32,000 nucleotides of DNA from Patescibacteria group bacterium (GTDB lineage Bacteria; Patescibacteriota; Minisyncoccia; UBA6257; HR35), in contig JAUQQN010000002.1 in the NCBI GenBank assembly GCA_030549845.1, positions 92,475 through 124,474 on the forward strand, given 5' to 3'. Both the position numbers and the translations under genes were made by a program. Positions 1 to 8,550 of the stretch are shown here, one piece after another (positions within the stretch are counted from its first letter, which is position 1; each line of letters starts with the position of its first letter). The notes under the pieces are model-generated. The model was not told where the DNA came from and ran no database searches. It saw nothing but the letters and a program-made list of their open reading frames with translations.

Positions 1-1
1 A

Positions 2-286
2 GTAAGAGACCTTTTAATACATCAACTCGGTTTTCAAGGAATTATTATTACCGATGATCTTTCAGATATGCCCCTGGCTATAAAAGGAATAAATCTTGCA
101 GAGGCTGGTATTAGAGCGCTTAAGGCAGGTCATCATTTGATAATGTATTCACACAAATTAGAAAAAACAAAAGATATTTTTGATAAAATATATCGCCGCA
201 TAGAAAACGATTTTGAATTGCAATCAATTATTGAGAGTAATTATCAGAAAATTATTGAATTTAAAAAATCTATCTTCTCATATTAA
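2..286 (+). CDS. Glycoside hydrolase family 3 / beta-N-acetylhexosaminidase (NagZ-like), C-terminal fragment; 5' end lies outside the window
   Basis: Frame 2 is open from the window edge. The translation VRDLLIHQLGFQGIIITDDLSDM... matches the GH3/NagZ 'LGFxGxxxSDDLxM' region. The Met at 68 in the ORF track is internal. Confidence 0.55.
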   Translation, partial: VRDLLIHQLGFQGIIITDDLSDMPLAIKGINLAEAGIRALKAGHHLIMYSHKLEKTKDIFDKIYRRIENDFELQSIIESNYQKIIEFKKSIFSY

Positions 287-761
287 AAGTTAGCGTAATA
301 AAAATAAAAAACTTGTCATTGCAAAACAACAAATCTGAAGATAGGTTTTCTCGAAAAAACACCATTTTAAAATGCTAAAGTCAATGACAATTCTTCTAAA
401 ACCCCAAGTTTCAGACGTAGGCTTAATGCAGAGTCTCTGCCTCCGTTCTTGAAAATAAAATAAGGGCGAGGGAATTAGCTGGCTTTCAATCTTACATTAA
501 GTTCGTTGGAAATTTGATAACAAACCCATTATTGCATTTTAGGTTAATTAAAGAAATTTGCGAACTCGAAAAAAGTAAGAATTTATCTGAATTTTAAAAT
601 TCTATGGTGCCAATAAGAAAGTTGTAATTGCCATATCTATCAGTATACATACAATAGATTTACTCCCAGCATTTTTATTCTATTTTTCCATACAACTTCT
701 CTAATAATTCTTTCACTTTTACATTTCATTACTTTTATCTCTAAATCCTGCCTTTATTCAA

Positions 762-1535
762 TTAAATATGAATGCCAAAGTAAATCAAAATATATTTCAA
801 TGAGACATAGAAAAACAAAAGACCAAACAAGAATTTCAAGATATTTGGTTTGAATTTTGCTACGAGCTTTGCGCCATAAATTGCGCCGATTAAAGCGCCG
901 ATACCCAAAGCAATTGCTACTGGAATATCAACAACACCTTGAAAAAGTTTAAAGAAAGCACCCACCAAGGCCATCCAGACAAAAGCAGCCATTGAAGTAC
1001 CAATTGCCAGCTTTACTGGTGCTTTCAAAAAATAGATGTAAGAAGGGACTAAAGCATAACCACCTCCAAGACCGATAATGCCAGTTAAAATGCCAATAGC
1101 TGAACCTAAAATTGTTTTTACTAGCGGCTTACCTGGAATTTCCACACCTTGCACAGTTTGGCTTTTAGTAAATAATCCTTCATAAAGCATTCGGACCGAA
1201 ACGATGATAAAAGCAATACCAATAATCAAGTCAATTAAATTACCGTAATGTTTAATATAACCAAAAACAATTGAACCAATAATTACACCCAAAATTCCTG
1301 CATAACCAGTTAAAAGTGCTGTTTCTTTATCAACATTTTTCATTTTAAAATGCTGATAAGCACCCGATGCGGCAGTAAAAACTACTGCCGTTAAAGTTGT
1401 ACCAATAGCAACTGCTGGATCAAAATGAAAAACAAAACGAATAACTGGCATTATTAAAGCACAACCTCCAGTACCTAAAAGCCCGCCGATAACTCCAGCC
1501 AAGAAACCGGTGATAAGATAAATTAAGTAAATCAT
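762..1535 (-). CDS. TauE/SafE (DUF81) family anion exporter, polytopic membrane protein
   Basis: 257 aa and all hydrophobic helices. The glycine-rich motif 'GFLAGVIGGLLGTGG' at the N-terminus is repeated as 'GIIGLGGGY' in the second half, as in TauE/SafE permeases. Confidence 0.75.
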   Translation of the reverse strand: MIYLIYLITGFLAGVIGGLLGTGGCALIMPVIRFVFHFDPAVAIGTTLTAVVFTAASGAYQHFKMKNVDKETALLTGYAGILGVIIGSIVFGYIKHYGNLIDLIIGIAFIIVSVRMLYEGLFTKSQTVQGVEIPGKPLVKTILGSAIGILTGIIGLGGGYALVPSYIYFLKAPVKLAIGTSMAAFVWMALVGAFFKLFQGVVDIPVAIALGIGALIGAIYGAKLVAKFKPNILKFLFGLLFFYVSLKYILIYFGIHI

Positions 1536-1695
1536 AATTTCTCTTTCTAGTTTTTAATTCCAGAAAAACTCGGAAATTATTAAAATAATTAATGATATAT
1601 CAAAACTTTCAAAAATTACCAAAGAATTAAATATAGTTTTAATTACTTTAAACAACTACTGAATTAACAAAATTTCAAACAACGTCACTAAATTA

Positions 1696-2358
1696 TTATA
1701 ATAAACCTTTTTCTTTTAACCTTTTTAATAACCTTTCTAACCCCTCAACAATATATTCAACATGAAGAGCGCCGCAAGAAACTAAAATCTTAGCATTAGG
1801 ATTTTCGCTTAATATGTTATTAATTTTCTCTACCGTAACTCTACTTCTTTCTGGTATCATAATTGTAGCTATTATTTCTGCTATTTGTTTCTCTCCTAAA
1901 TTGAATTGCTTTAGATAATTCTTTAAATAATCAACCATGTGTTTGTGTTTAAATAATATCCATTCTCGCATCTTTGCTCCACTCATATCACCAGCAATAA
2001 CCCTTACTTTATTCTTCTTGGCTTCTTCTACTAACTTTTGATAATCGATAGAAAGTTTTTCAAGTTGAGAAATTTCTACTATTTTGTCCTGTACAAATTC
2101 ATCAAGGGTTTGTTGCATATCTTCAGAAAGTTCTAAAATTAAATGAGTATACTGCCCACTTTGCAAAGCAACTATTAATTCAAAAACACGAGGTCGATCG
2201 TGAAATTCACCAAAAATATGCACATTACCAATTTCAATGAACTCCTTAGAAATTTCTTCTAGGGTTTTTCCTTTTATTTCAATGAGTTTCTTAGAAATTT
2301 CTTCTAGAGAAATTCCTGCTAGAGTTTTTCCTTTTTTGCCTTCTCCAAATTCTTTCAT
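1696..2358 (-). CDS. Hypothetical protein with an N-terminal tandem peptide repeat and a possible Tiki/ChaN/TraB-superfamily domain
   Basis: 220-aa ORF with native AT-rich codon usage. 'HIFGEFHDRP' (GxxH), 'LILELSED', 'RVIAGDM', 'ERSR' and 'VSCGALHV' appear in the order expected for the Tiki/ChaN fold. The function call is weak. Confidence 0.5.
   Translation of the reverse strand: MKEFGEGKKGKTLAGISLEEISKKLIEIKGKTLEEISKEFIEIGNVHIFGEFHDRPRVFELIVALQSGQYTHLILELSEDMQQTLDEFVQDKIVEISQLEKLSIDYQKLVEEAKKNKVRVIAGDMSGAKMREWILFKHKHMVDYLKNYLKQFNLGEKQIAEIIATIMIPERSRVTVEKINNILSENPNAKILVSCGALHVEYIVEGLERLLKRLKEKGLL
2231..2335. repeat. Imperfect tandem repeat (45-nt unit followed by a 60-nt unit that has a 15-nt insertion) inside the 5' end of the 1696..2358 CDS
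   Basis: 'atttcaatga....cttagaaatttcttctag..gtttttcctttt' occurs twice back to back. It encodes KGKTLAGISLEEISKKLIEI / KGKTLEEISKEFIEI. Confidence 0.85.
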
Positions 2359-2493
2359 ATTTTAATTATTGTTTATTTTAATCATTTTTTGGTTTCGACC
2401 TTTATTATCTTTTATTTTTAGCAATTTTTCGATTTCACTCATAATAATCTAAATTATACCTCAATTTCTTATGCGCGGAGGCTAGGTAAAGAC

Positions 2494-2521
2494 TTGACAA
2501 ATTTTGAAAATATGGTGTAAT
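2494..2521 (+). promoter_or_regulatory. Sigma70-like promoter for the GC-rich ORF
   Basis: TTGACA (2494-2499), a 16-nt spacer, then TGgTGTAAT (extended -10, hexamer 2516-2521). It lies about 20 nt upstream of a perfect SD AAAGGAGGTG (2538-2547). Confidence 0.45.
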
Positions 2522-2553
2522 TTTAAATGGTAAACTAAAAGGAGGTGTTTGGA

Positions 2554-2952
2554 ATGAAGATTATCAATTTGACCCCTCATCCCTGTGTCATCCTGCGGGA
2601 AGACCCGCAGGGGGACATCGAAGGTGTCGAAGGTGTAGGGAGTGAAGTTCGCCGCTACAGAAAAATCGCAGAATTGCCACCGTCCGGCAAGGTGGCACGC
2701 GCCAGTCAAAAGGAAGAAATTGCTGGTTTCATTTTGGTTAACGACGTGGAGGTCCCCGTAGTCAGAATGACTTACGGGGAACCCATCAATTTACCAGAGC
2801 CAAAAGAAGGAGTAGTTTATTTTGTCTCCCTCCTCACAGCCCAGGCTGCGGCGGCCACCGGACGCCGGACAGATGACTTAGTGTTTGCTGGGAAAACAGT
2901 TAGGAGTAAGGAGGGCTCAATAATCGGTATAACTTCCTTCGGTAAATTATGA
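2554..2952 (+). CDS. Hypothetical 132-aa protein of foreign (GC-rich) composition
   Basis: The ATG lies 8 nt after GGAGG. The ORF is uninterrupted for 133 codons. Third codon positions are rich in G/C (CCC, CGC, GCC, GGG, CTG), unlike every neighbouring gene. A strong terminator follows. The GTG at 2545 in the ORF track overlaps the SD, so 2554 is preferred. Confidence 0.7.
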   Translation: MKIINLTPHPCVILREDPQGDIEGVEGVGSEVRRYRKIAELPPSGKVARASQKEEIAGFILVNDVEVPVVRMTYGEPINLPEPKEGVVYFVSLLTAQAAAATGRRTDDLVFAGKTVRSKEGSIIGITSFGKL

Positions 2953-2975
2953 TGATGAGAAGTTGCAGGTTTCAA

Positions 2976-3004
2976 GGGAGCCTAAGAAAGGGCTCCCATT
3001 TTTT
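2976..3004 (+). terminator. Rho-independent terminator of the GC-rich ORF
   Basis: GGGAGCC (2976-2982), 8-nt loop, GGCTCCC (2991-2997), then ATTTTTT. Confidence 0.65.
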
Positions 3005-3264
3005 CAGTCAAAAAAGAGTATTCGGTTCTCTTTTTCATGTTTTAGGTTGAAAATAGAATAAGAATTTTAGGTTATTAAGTTCAAATAAAAATAGCCAATT
3101 GAAAAACTATAATTTGCGATAGATGTCTTTACCTTTTTGATGTGGAGCCAACAACCTCAAGAATTAGCCTTAAATTGTGATTCTTAAATTAAATTAGATA
3201 AATTGTGCTATAACTGATTGATTATCAATTAATAGAACTGACTTTTAATTTCTCAGCCTCTTTG

Positions 3265-3336
3265 CTCCGGGGGCAGGATTCGAACCTGCGACATCCTGGT
3301 TAACAGCCAGGCGTTCTACCGCTGAACTACCCCGGA
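3265..3336 (-). tRNA. tRNA-Asn (anticodon GTT)
   Basis: The reverse complement folds as a cloverleaf: acceptor UCCGGGG/CCCCGGA, anticodon stem CCUGG/CCAGG with loop CUGUUAA, T-arm GCAGG-UUCGAAU-CCUGC, discriminator G. CCA is not encoded. Confidence 0.93.
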
Positions 3337-4028
3337 GTAATAATCAAATAAAATTATAATTCAAATTAATACAAATCAATACTGGCAATTATTTCAAAAT
3401 TGCCGCATTGAGAACAGCGAGAAGGTGTCTTTTTATTTCTGCGTTTCTTTGCCATTTCTATTCCTATATTATTCTAAATTTCGACCTTTTAAAGTTTATT
3501 TTTATTTATAGTAAAGCATCTAATAACATTTTACCAAATTTTTCACCAGATTGTAGACCATTAGTAGTAACTAAATAAATTACCATTACGAATAATATTT
3601 TCATCTGCATACTTCTACTTATCCCATTTTCTTCTTAAGATACCGACTTTAGCTAAAATTGTTGGTGCTATTTAGATAGCTGCTAATTTTTATTTAACTC
3701 AATAATTCCTAAGCAATCTTATAATTAGTCTCATTATTTAAATTTTCTAAGGCTACTGACAACGATAATTTGGTGATCAGATTTTTTTTTAAAAAATCTC
3801 AGCAAGCATAAAAAATCCCTCAGCTCGAAAACCTTCTTTGGTAATAATAAAAGCAATTTTTTCATTAGCATTTTGTGACTTATAATATTAGGCAGAGAAA
3901 AATTAAAAAATTATAAATTTGGCTATATTTTCTTTGAAGATAATTTAAAAGGCATTAGTTGGTGGCGGAAGAATTTAACGTTTTTTTCAATGGTTAAATT
4001 TTATTTAGATTAAACTCTAAACGAGATT

Positions 4029-5018
4029 TTATATCCGAAAATTTCTTTTAACATATAACCAGAACTTAAATATAACTAAACCAAATACAATAATTAAAAT
4101 ACCAACAATCATAATTTTAATTAAAACCTGAACAGAAACGATGATAAAAGGAATTAGTTCGGTAAAATTTAAAATAGCGTGAATAGAATCATTAATAACT
4201 AATTTAATTTTCTCGTTAATAGCTTCCTTATAATCACTGACTACAATTTTAAATGGTTTTGTTTGATTAAGATTAATTGAAAAAACTGAATATTCTCCTT
4301 GTTGCATTTTTTCTTCAACAATACCTTGTAAACTTCTCATTCTTGAAACTAAATTCATTTTTTCGTTATTAATTTTCATCAAAAGATTAATTTTTCGTTC
4401 GCTTGTCTCCATATTTAAAGTTTCTTTTTCAATTTGATTTAAATTATTTAAAGTTTGGCGAATAATATCCAGTTCATTTAACTCTTGTTTAGTTGAAATT
4501 TTGTAATTTTTAACATATGAATTGCGAACATCAAAATTTTTTAAAAGGAAATTAAAGAATTCATCAAATTTATTAGTAGGAACATAGGCGGAAATTTTTA
4601 CATTTATTTTTTCATAATCTTCAGTTTTATAATAATCACCAATAAAGCCGTTATAACTTTCTGTTTTTTGTTTTATCGTTTCATAATCCTTATCCACTGA
4701 TTGAGATTTTATAGAGATATCGCCTTCTTTAATTTCTATTTTTGTTTGATCTTTTAAGGAAGAAGGTGATAGGAATGGAGCAAAAGAAGATTCTAATTTA
4801 GCTGGACTTGGAAGTTCAAAAGATGGGGTAGATAAGGTTTTAAAAGATGGATAATCAGTTCCTCTATAATAATCTAATCGTCTCGAAGCGTTAAAATTTT
4901 GAAAATTTAAATAGGTATAAGTAAAAAATAATACTAGCAAGATAATTATAATTCCAGTTATAATCTTTATGAAAAGAGGTAATTTTTTAATTTTTTCAAG
5001 AATATTTTTCTCTTCCAT
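4029..5018 (-). CDS. DUF4349-like membrane-anchored protein
   Basis: N-terminal TM helix, a central region with the 'VxAYVPxxKFDEF...L' segment, a coiled-coil stretch (ELDIIRQTLNNLNQIEKE...), and C-terminal TM helices. This layout is typical of DUF4349. Confidence 0.55.
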   Translation of the reverse strand: MEEKNILEKIKKLPLFIKIITGIIIILLVLFFTYTYLNFQNFNASRRLDYYRGTDYPSFKTLSTPSFELPSPAKLESSFAPFLSPSSLKDQTKIEIKEGDISIKSQSVDKDYETIKQKTESYNGFIGDYYKTEDYEKINVKISAYVPTNKFDEFFNFLLKNFDVRNSYVKNYKISTKQELNELDIIRQTLNNLNQIEKETLNMETSERKINLLMKINNEKMNLVSRMRSLQGIVEEKMQQGEYSVFSINLNQTKPFKIVVSDYKEAINEKIKLVINDSIHAILNFTELIPFIIVSVQVLIKIMIVGILIIVFGLVIFKFWLYVKRNFRI

Positions 5019-5453
5019 TGTTCATTATTAAGTTCAATTAATTTTTTGACTCTCTCAAAATTATTTTACTCTAAATTTTATAAATTTAAAAAACAATGGA
5101 AAGGAAACTTAAAAATCTCGATTGAATTTAGGATAAAATTAAGTGTTAAAAACGTTATCAACTCTTTAACAAACATGTTTGGCCTTTTAAAATAGATACT
5201 TGCTGACTTTTGAGGATATATTATTTTTATCAGACCAATTTTATGGTAGCCTCGATAAACAATTAAGTTTGTTCAAAATTTAAATCAATTATTATAGTGT
5301 AAATTTATAATTTATTTAGTTAAATAATATTTATTCAGTTTAAATATTAATATTTAAAAAATAAAATAATATAGAAAAAATAGAAAAGTAATAAACTAAC
5401 ATTTATAGTAAAGTTTAAAGACATCTTGGGGATTTTTAACTATAATATTATTA

Positions 5454-6134
5454 TTAAAAAATCAAAGTTCCTATAAATTGTTTCCCTTCTATGCATTTAA
5501 TAAAATTTGATAAATTTTTGCCATTAAGAATATAAACTTTGAATTTAAGTTTTTTAGCAAGCCTTGAAGCAACAGGATCAAAAGGAGAAGACATTCCAGG
5601 TTTCCAATCTTTTTCTATCATTTTTAAATAGTTATCCCAGCTTAATTTTCTAAAGGGTTTTGCATCTTTATATTTTCTAGGATCTTTATCGTATACATAA
5701 TCAACGTTTGTCAGATTAATTATGGTATTTGAACCATATGTTTTTGCAAGTAAAACCGCATCATAATCAGTACTAAATCCTGGTTTCCAACCAGCGGCTA
5801 TTAAAATTTTTTCTTTAAAATCAAATTTTTTTCTGGGGTTTTTAGCAAATCTGAAATGAGCATATTCTCTAAAAATAGTAAGTAAAAGATGTGCATTTAA
5901 TCTTGTTGAATGTATTCCTAACCAATCTAGATCTTCATTAGACGGATTTGATAATTGTTTAGCTGTGGTTTGGTATTTCCTTGCAATTTTACCACCTCCA
6001 ACAATTATAATAAACCTCTTTCCTTTCTGGATTTCTTTTGTAATAACTTCTTTAAATTTATTTAAAAAATTAATATCAATTTCATTTGGCACTATTAAAC
6101 TACCTCCTAATGAAATGACAAATAATTTGCCCAT
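5454..6134 (-). CDS. pyrH: UMP kinase, archaeal-type (amino-acid kinase fold)
   Basis: 'VISLGGSLIVP', 'IIIVGGGKIARKY', 'GIHSTRLNA', 'GWKPGFSTDYDAVLLA' and 'NVDYVYDKDP' are colinear with archaeal-type uridylate kinases of about 225 aa. Confidence 0.8.
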   Translation of the reverse strand: MGKLFVISLGGSLIVPNEIDINFLNKFKEVITKEIQKGKRFIIIVGGGKIARKYQTTAKQLSNPSNEDLDWLGIHSTRLNAHLLLTIFREYAHFRFAKNPRKKFDFKEKILIAAGWKPGFSTDYDAVLLAKTYGSNTIINLTNVDYVYDKDPRKYKDAKPFRKLSWDNYLKMIEKDWKPGMSSPFDPVASRLAKKLKFKVYILNGKNLSNFIKCIEGKQFIGTLIF

Positions 6135-6144
6135 TTATTTTGAT

Positions 6145-7659
6145 TTATGGTAAATTATAAAGCTTATTATATTTATTCTTGATATAAGATAAAAATGGTT
6201 CAGCAGAAAACTCTTTACCGCATATCTTTGAAATCAAATCCTTTGAAGGATAAGTTTTGCCATATTTGTGGATTTTTTCTTTTAACCAATTTTGAATTCT
6301 GAGTATACCATTTTCTTCTTTTAACAATTCTTCTATTACCCCTAATTCATTTTGCAAAGCTTCTAACCACATTCCTGATAAAAATGTACCGAGAGAATAA
6401 GTTGGAAAATACCCTATTGCCCCCATTGACCAATGAATATCTTGTAAAACCCCTTCTTTATCATTATCAACATCCACATCCAAATACTCTTTCATTTTTG
6501 CTCGCCAAATTTCTGGTAATTCATTAACCTTAATTTTTTCTTCCAATAGCCCTTTTTCTAATTCAAATCTCAAAATAATATGAAAGTGATAAGTAACTTC
6601 ATCTGCTTCAACTCTTATTTTTTCTGGTCTTACAATATTGAAATATAAAACAAAATCTTCAAATGAATATTTCTTTAAAAATAATAAAAATTCTTTTGCT
6701 TTTTCAAAAATTTTTGCTAAAAATATTGGATTTCTTCCAATAATATTTTCCCAAAACCTTGATTGAGATTCATGAAAGGCATAAGATAGACCTCCTTGCA
6801 AAGGTGTAAATTTCAGTTCTGGATCAACTTGAAGCTCATATAAAGAATGTCCAAATTCATGAATTGTTGCTGTTAAACTTCTACGAAAATCTTTTGGGTG
6901 ATACCAGGTGGTTATTCGAACATCATTTAAGGAAATAGCAGTTTCAAAGGGGTGAGGAGCAATATCCAATCGAGAGCGAGCAGGATTGAAATTTAGTAGA
7001 CTTAATACATAATAATTCAATTTTTCCATTTGTTCTTTCTCATATTTCTCCTCTTCTAAAGGATGTTTTTCTTTATAAAATGGTGAGTTTCTTATTTGAT
7101 TAAATAAATCTTTTAATGGTTTCTTTATAACTTCAAAAAAGTTTTCAAAGTCCTTGGTTGTCCAACCTTCTTCAAATAAATCTATTAAAGCATCATATGG
7201 GTGTTCTTCATATCCTAAATATTCTGCTTTTTTCTTTATTAACTCAACAATTTTCTCCAAATGAGGTTTAAATTTTTCGAAATTGTTTTCTTTTTTAGCA
7301 TTTCGCCAAATAATTTGAGCTTCGTTTGTTACTTTATTAAATTTTTCAATAAATTCATTTGGTAATTTTTCAATGATATTAATTTCTCTTTCCAAAACCC
7401 TTACTACACCTTTTTCATAATCATTTAACTTTTCTAAATTTTCTTTTGCTTTTTCTAATAACTTTTTCAATTTTTTATCTAAAATCAAGTTTTTAATAAG
7501 CAGATTAACCTTACCCAAAACAAACCCCCTGTCTTCCGCCGAGCTCTCTGGCATATAGGTATTTAAATCCCAATCAGCCAAAGATATCAAGCTTTCTAAA
7601 GAGCTTATATAATAATATTTGTTTAAAATATTTTTAATAATTTTATTTTGGAATTTCAT
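6145..7659 (-). CDS. Carboxypeptidase Taq-type metallopeptidase (family M32)
   Basis: 'HPF', the zinc motif 'HEFGHSLY', 'DIHWS' and 'GYFPTYSLG' appear in M32 order. The ATG at 7659 is preferred over the TTG at 7662. Confidence 0.9.
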   Translation of the reverse strand: MKFQNKIIKNILNKYYYISSLESLISLADWDLNTYMPESSAEDRGFVLGKVNLLIKNLILDKKLKKLLEKAKENLEKLNDYEKGVVRVLEREINIIEKLPNEFIEKFNKVTNEAQIIWRNAKKENNFEKFKPHLEKIVELIKKKAEYLGYEEHPYDALIDLFEEGWTTKDFENFFEVIKKPLKDLFNQIRNSPFYKEKHPLEEEKYEKEQMEKLNYYVLSLLNFNPARSRLDIAPHPFETAISLNDVRITTWYHPKDFRRSLTATIHEFGHSLYELQVDPELKFTPLQGGLSYAFHESQSRFWENIIGRNPIFLAKIFEKAKEFLLFLKKYSFEDFVLYFNIVRPEKIRVEADEVTYHFHIILRFELEKGLLEEKIKVNELPEIWRAKMKEYLDVDVDNDKEGVLQDIHWSMGAIGYFPTYSLGTFLSGMWLEALQNELGVIEELLKEENGILRIQNWLKEKIHKYGKTYPSKDLISKICGKEFSAEPFLSYIKNKYNKLYNLP

Positions 7660-7680
7660 CAATTAATATTATATATAAAA

Positions 7681-8550
7681 ATGGAGCTTAAAAGATTTAT
7701 ATTAGAAAGTTTTTCCAATTATAAATTTAAATTAGTCAAAATTAATGAACCGAGCAAAAATTTTTTAAATTTTGTAAAAAAACAAAAAATAAAAGAAAGT
7801 CTTTTTATTAATAGCTTAAAGGGAATAGATGCAAATGAATTAGGGAATTTTATTTTTTTATTAAGAGTTTTAGATTTTATGCTTTGGAAATATCCTGAAA
7901 ACTGGGAATTTAAAAACAGAAAAGGCTTTTATGGTTTATTAGAAAGAGTTAAGGTTTTATTTAAAAATGACTATAAAAATATTAAATTTAATGAGTTTAA
8001 AAAAATAATTTCTCCTAAAGAAGATTTAAATTTAGCAAAATTAAGATACAGACTTTTCAAAAAATCTATAAAGTGGTTAAAAGAAAATTTTGAGGGAGAT
8101 TTTACTAATTATTTTGAAGAATATAACAGTCCGTATGATTTTTCATTAAAGATTATCACCCTAGAGAAATTTAGCGATTATAATAAAAATTTTTATTTCT
8201 TAAAACCCAACCAGCTTTTATATTATGAATTTATTCTAGCAAAATTTAGTTCCAAAAATGAGAAATTGGAAGAGTTAACGGTTTTTGCAGATCATAAGTT
8301 GTCACAAATTTTTATAAATTTTAATATTTTAAAAATACCCCAAAATTATAATGATAGAATAAAAACTAGAAAGATTTTTAAAAACAAAAGTATATTTGAA
8401 AACGAAATACGAATTGCATCAATTATTATAGGTGAAATTTTGAGTGAGCGTCTAAAAATCCCTTCTTATATTGTTGATAATTTATTATGGCATATTCCAG
8501 AGAAATTTTTAAAATTGCCTCCAATTAGAGTTAAAACAATATTTTATTGA
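7681..8550 (+). CDS. Queuosine/queuine salvage family protein (DUF2419 / Qng1-like), putative
   Basis: 'LDFMLWKYP...GFYGLLERV' and 'FADHKLSQIF' resemble the DUF2419 motifs (LNFCFWP...GYxAL and [FY]ADY[RK][VI]PQ). Its stop codon overlaps the tgt start (TGATG). The ORF-track start at 7648 is a TTG that overlaps the divergent M32 gene. Confidence 0.5.
   Translation: MELKRFILESFSNYKFKLVKINEPSKNFLNFVKKQKIKESLFINSLKGIDANELGNFIFLLRVLDFMLWKYPENWEFKNRKGFYGLLERVKVLFKNDYKNIKFNEFKKIISPKEDLNLAKLRYRLFKKSIKWLKENFEGDFTNYFEEYNSPYDFSLKIITLEKFSDYNKNFYFLKPNQLLYYEFILAKFSSKNEKLEELTVFADHKLSQIFINFNILKIPQNYNDRIKTRKIFKNKSIFENEIRIASIIIGEILSERLKIPSYIVDNLLWHIPEKFLKLPPIRVKTIFY

Noticed and set aside
313-391. 9-bp inverted repeat TTGTCATTG ... 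CAATGACAA separated by about 60 nt
   Set aside because: It is isolated, with no flanking conservation or associated gene, so there is not enough to call a regulatory element or a MITE.
589-602. Perfect 14-bp palindrome GAATTTTAAAATTC. Also AT-only hairpins at about 3011-3035 and about 3768-3790, and a 7-bp inverted repeat AGCAACC/GGTTGCT around 12484-12541
   Set aside because: Pure A/T palindromes of this size are expected by chance in DNA this AT-rich. The 12.5-kb inverted repeat has a loop of about 45 nt and is not terminator-like.
2482-2709. 75-aa ORF antisense to the start of the GC-rich gene
   Set aside because: It has no SD and overlaps the promoter and SD of the better-supported plus-strand ORF. 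Long antisense ORFs are expected by chance in GC-richer DNA.
2545-2952. Possibility that the GC-rich segment is a structured ncRNA, since GC-rich islands in AT-rich genomes are often RNAs
   Set aside because: A perfect SD at the right spacing, a 133-codon open frame, G/C enrichment concentrated at third codon positions and a plausible globular amino-acid composition all favour a protein gene. I saw no RNase P, SRP or 6S signature motifs. This was not formally excluded without covariation analysis.
5965-6153. 62-aa ORF antisense to pyrH. Similar antisense ORFs occur at 9838-10023, 14151-14456, 18197-18478, 19485-19676, 21340-21540, 21955-22182, 22725-23012, 25971-26165 and 26487-26804
   Set aside because: All lie fully inside well-supported conserved genes on the opposite strand. 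They have low-complexity or odd composition and no ribosome-binding sites.
7648-7680. N-terminal extensions of ORF-track models (7648, 7662, 8547, 12413, 15189, 29212, 30574)
   Set aside because: I checked the first codon of six of these (7648, 7662, 8547, 12413, 29212, 30574) and each is a TTG; the 15189 start codon was not checked. The 7648, 15189 and 29212 extensions run into a divergent neighbour. An in-frame ATG follows within 1-30 codons and gives conventional N-termini.
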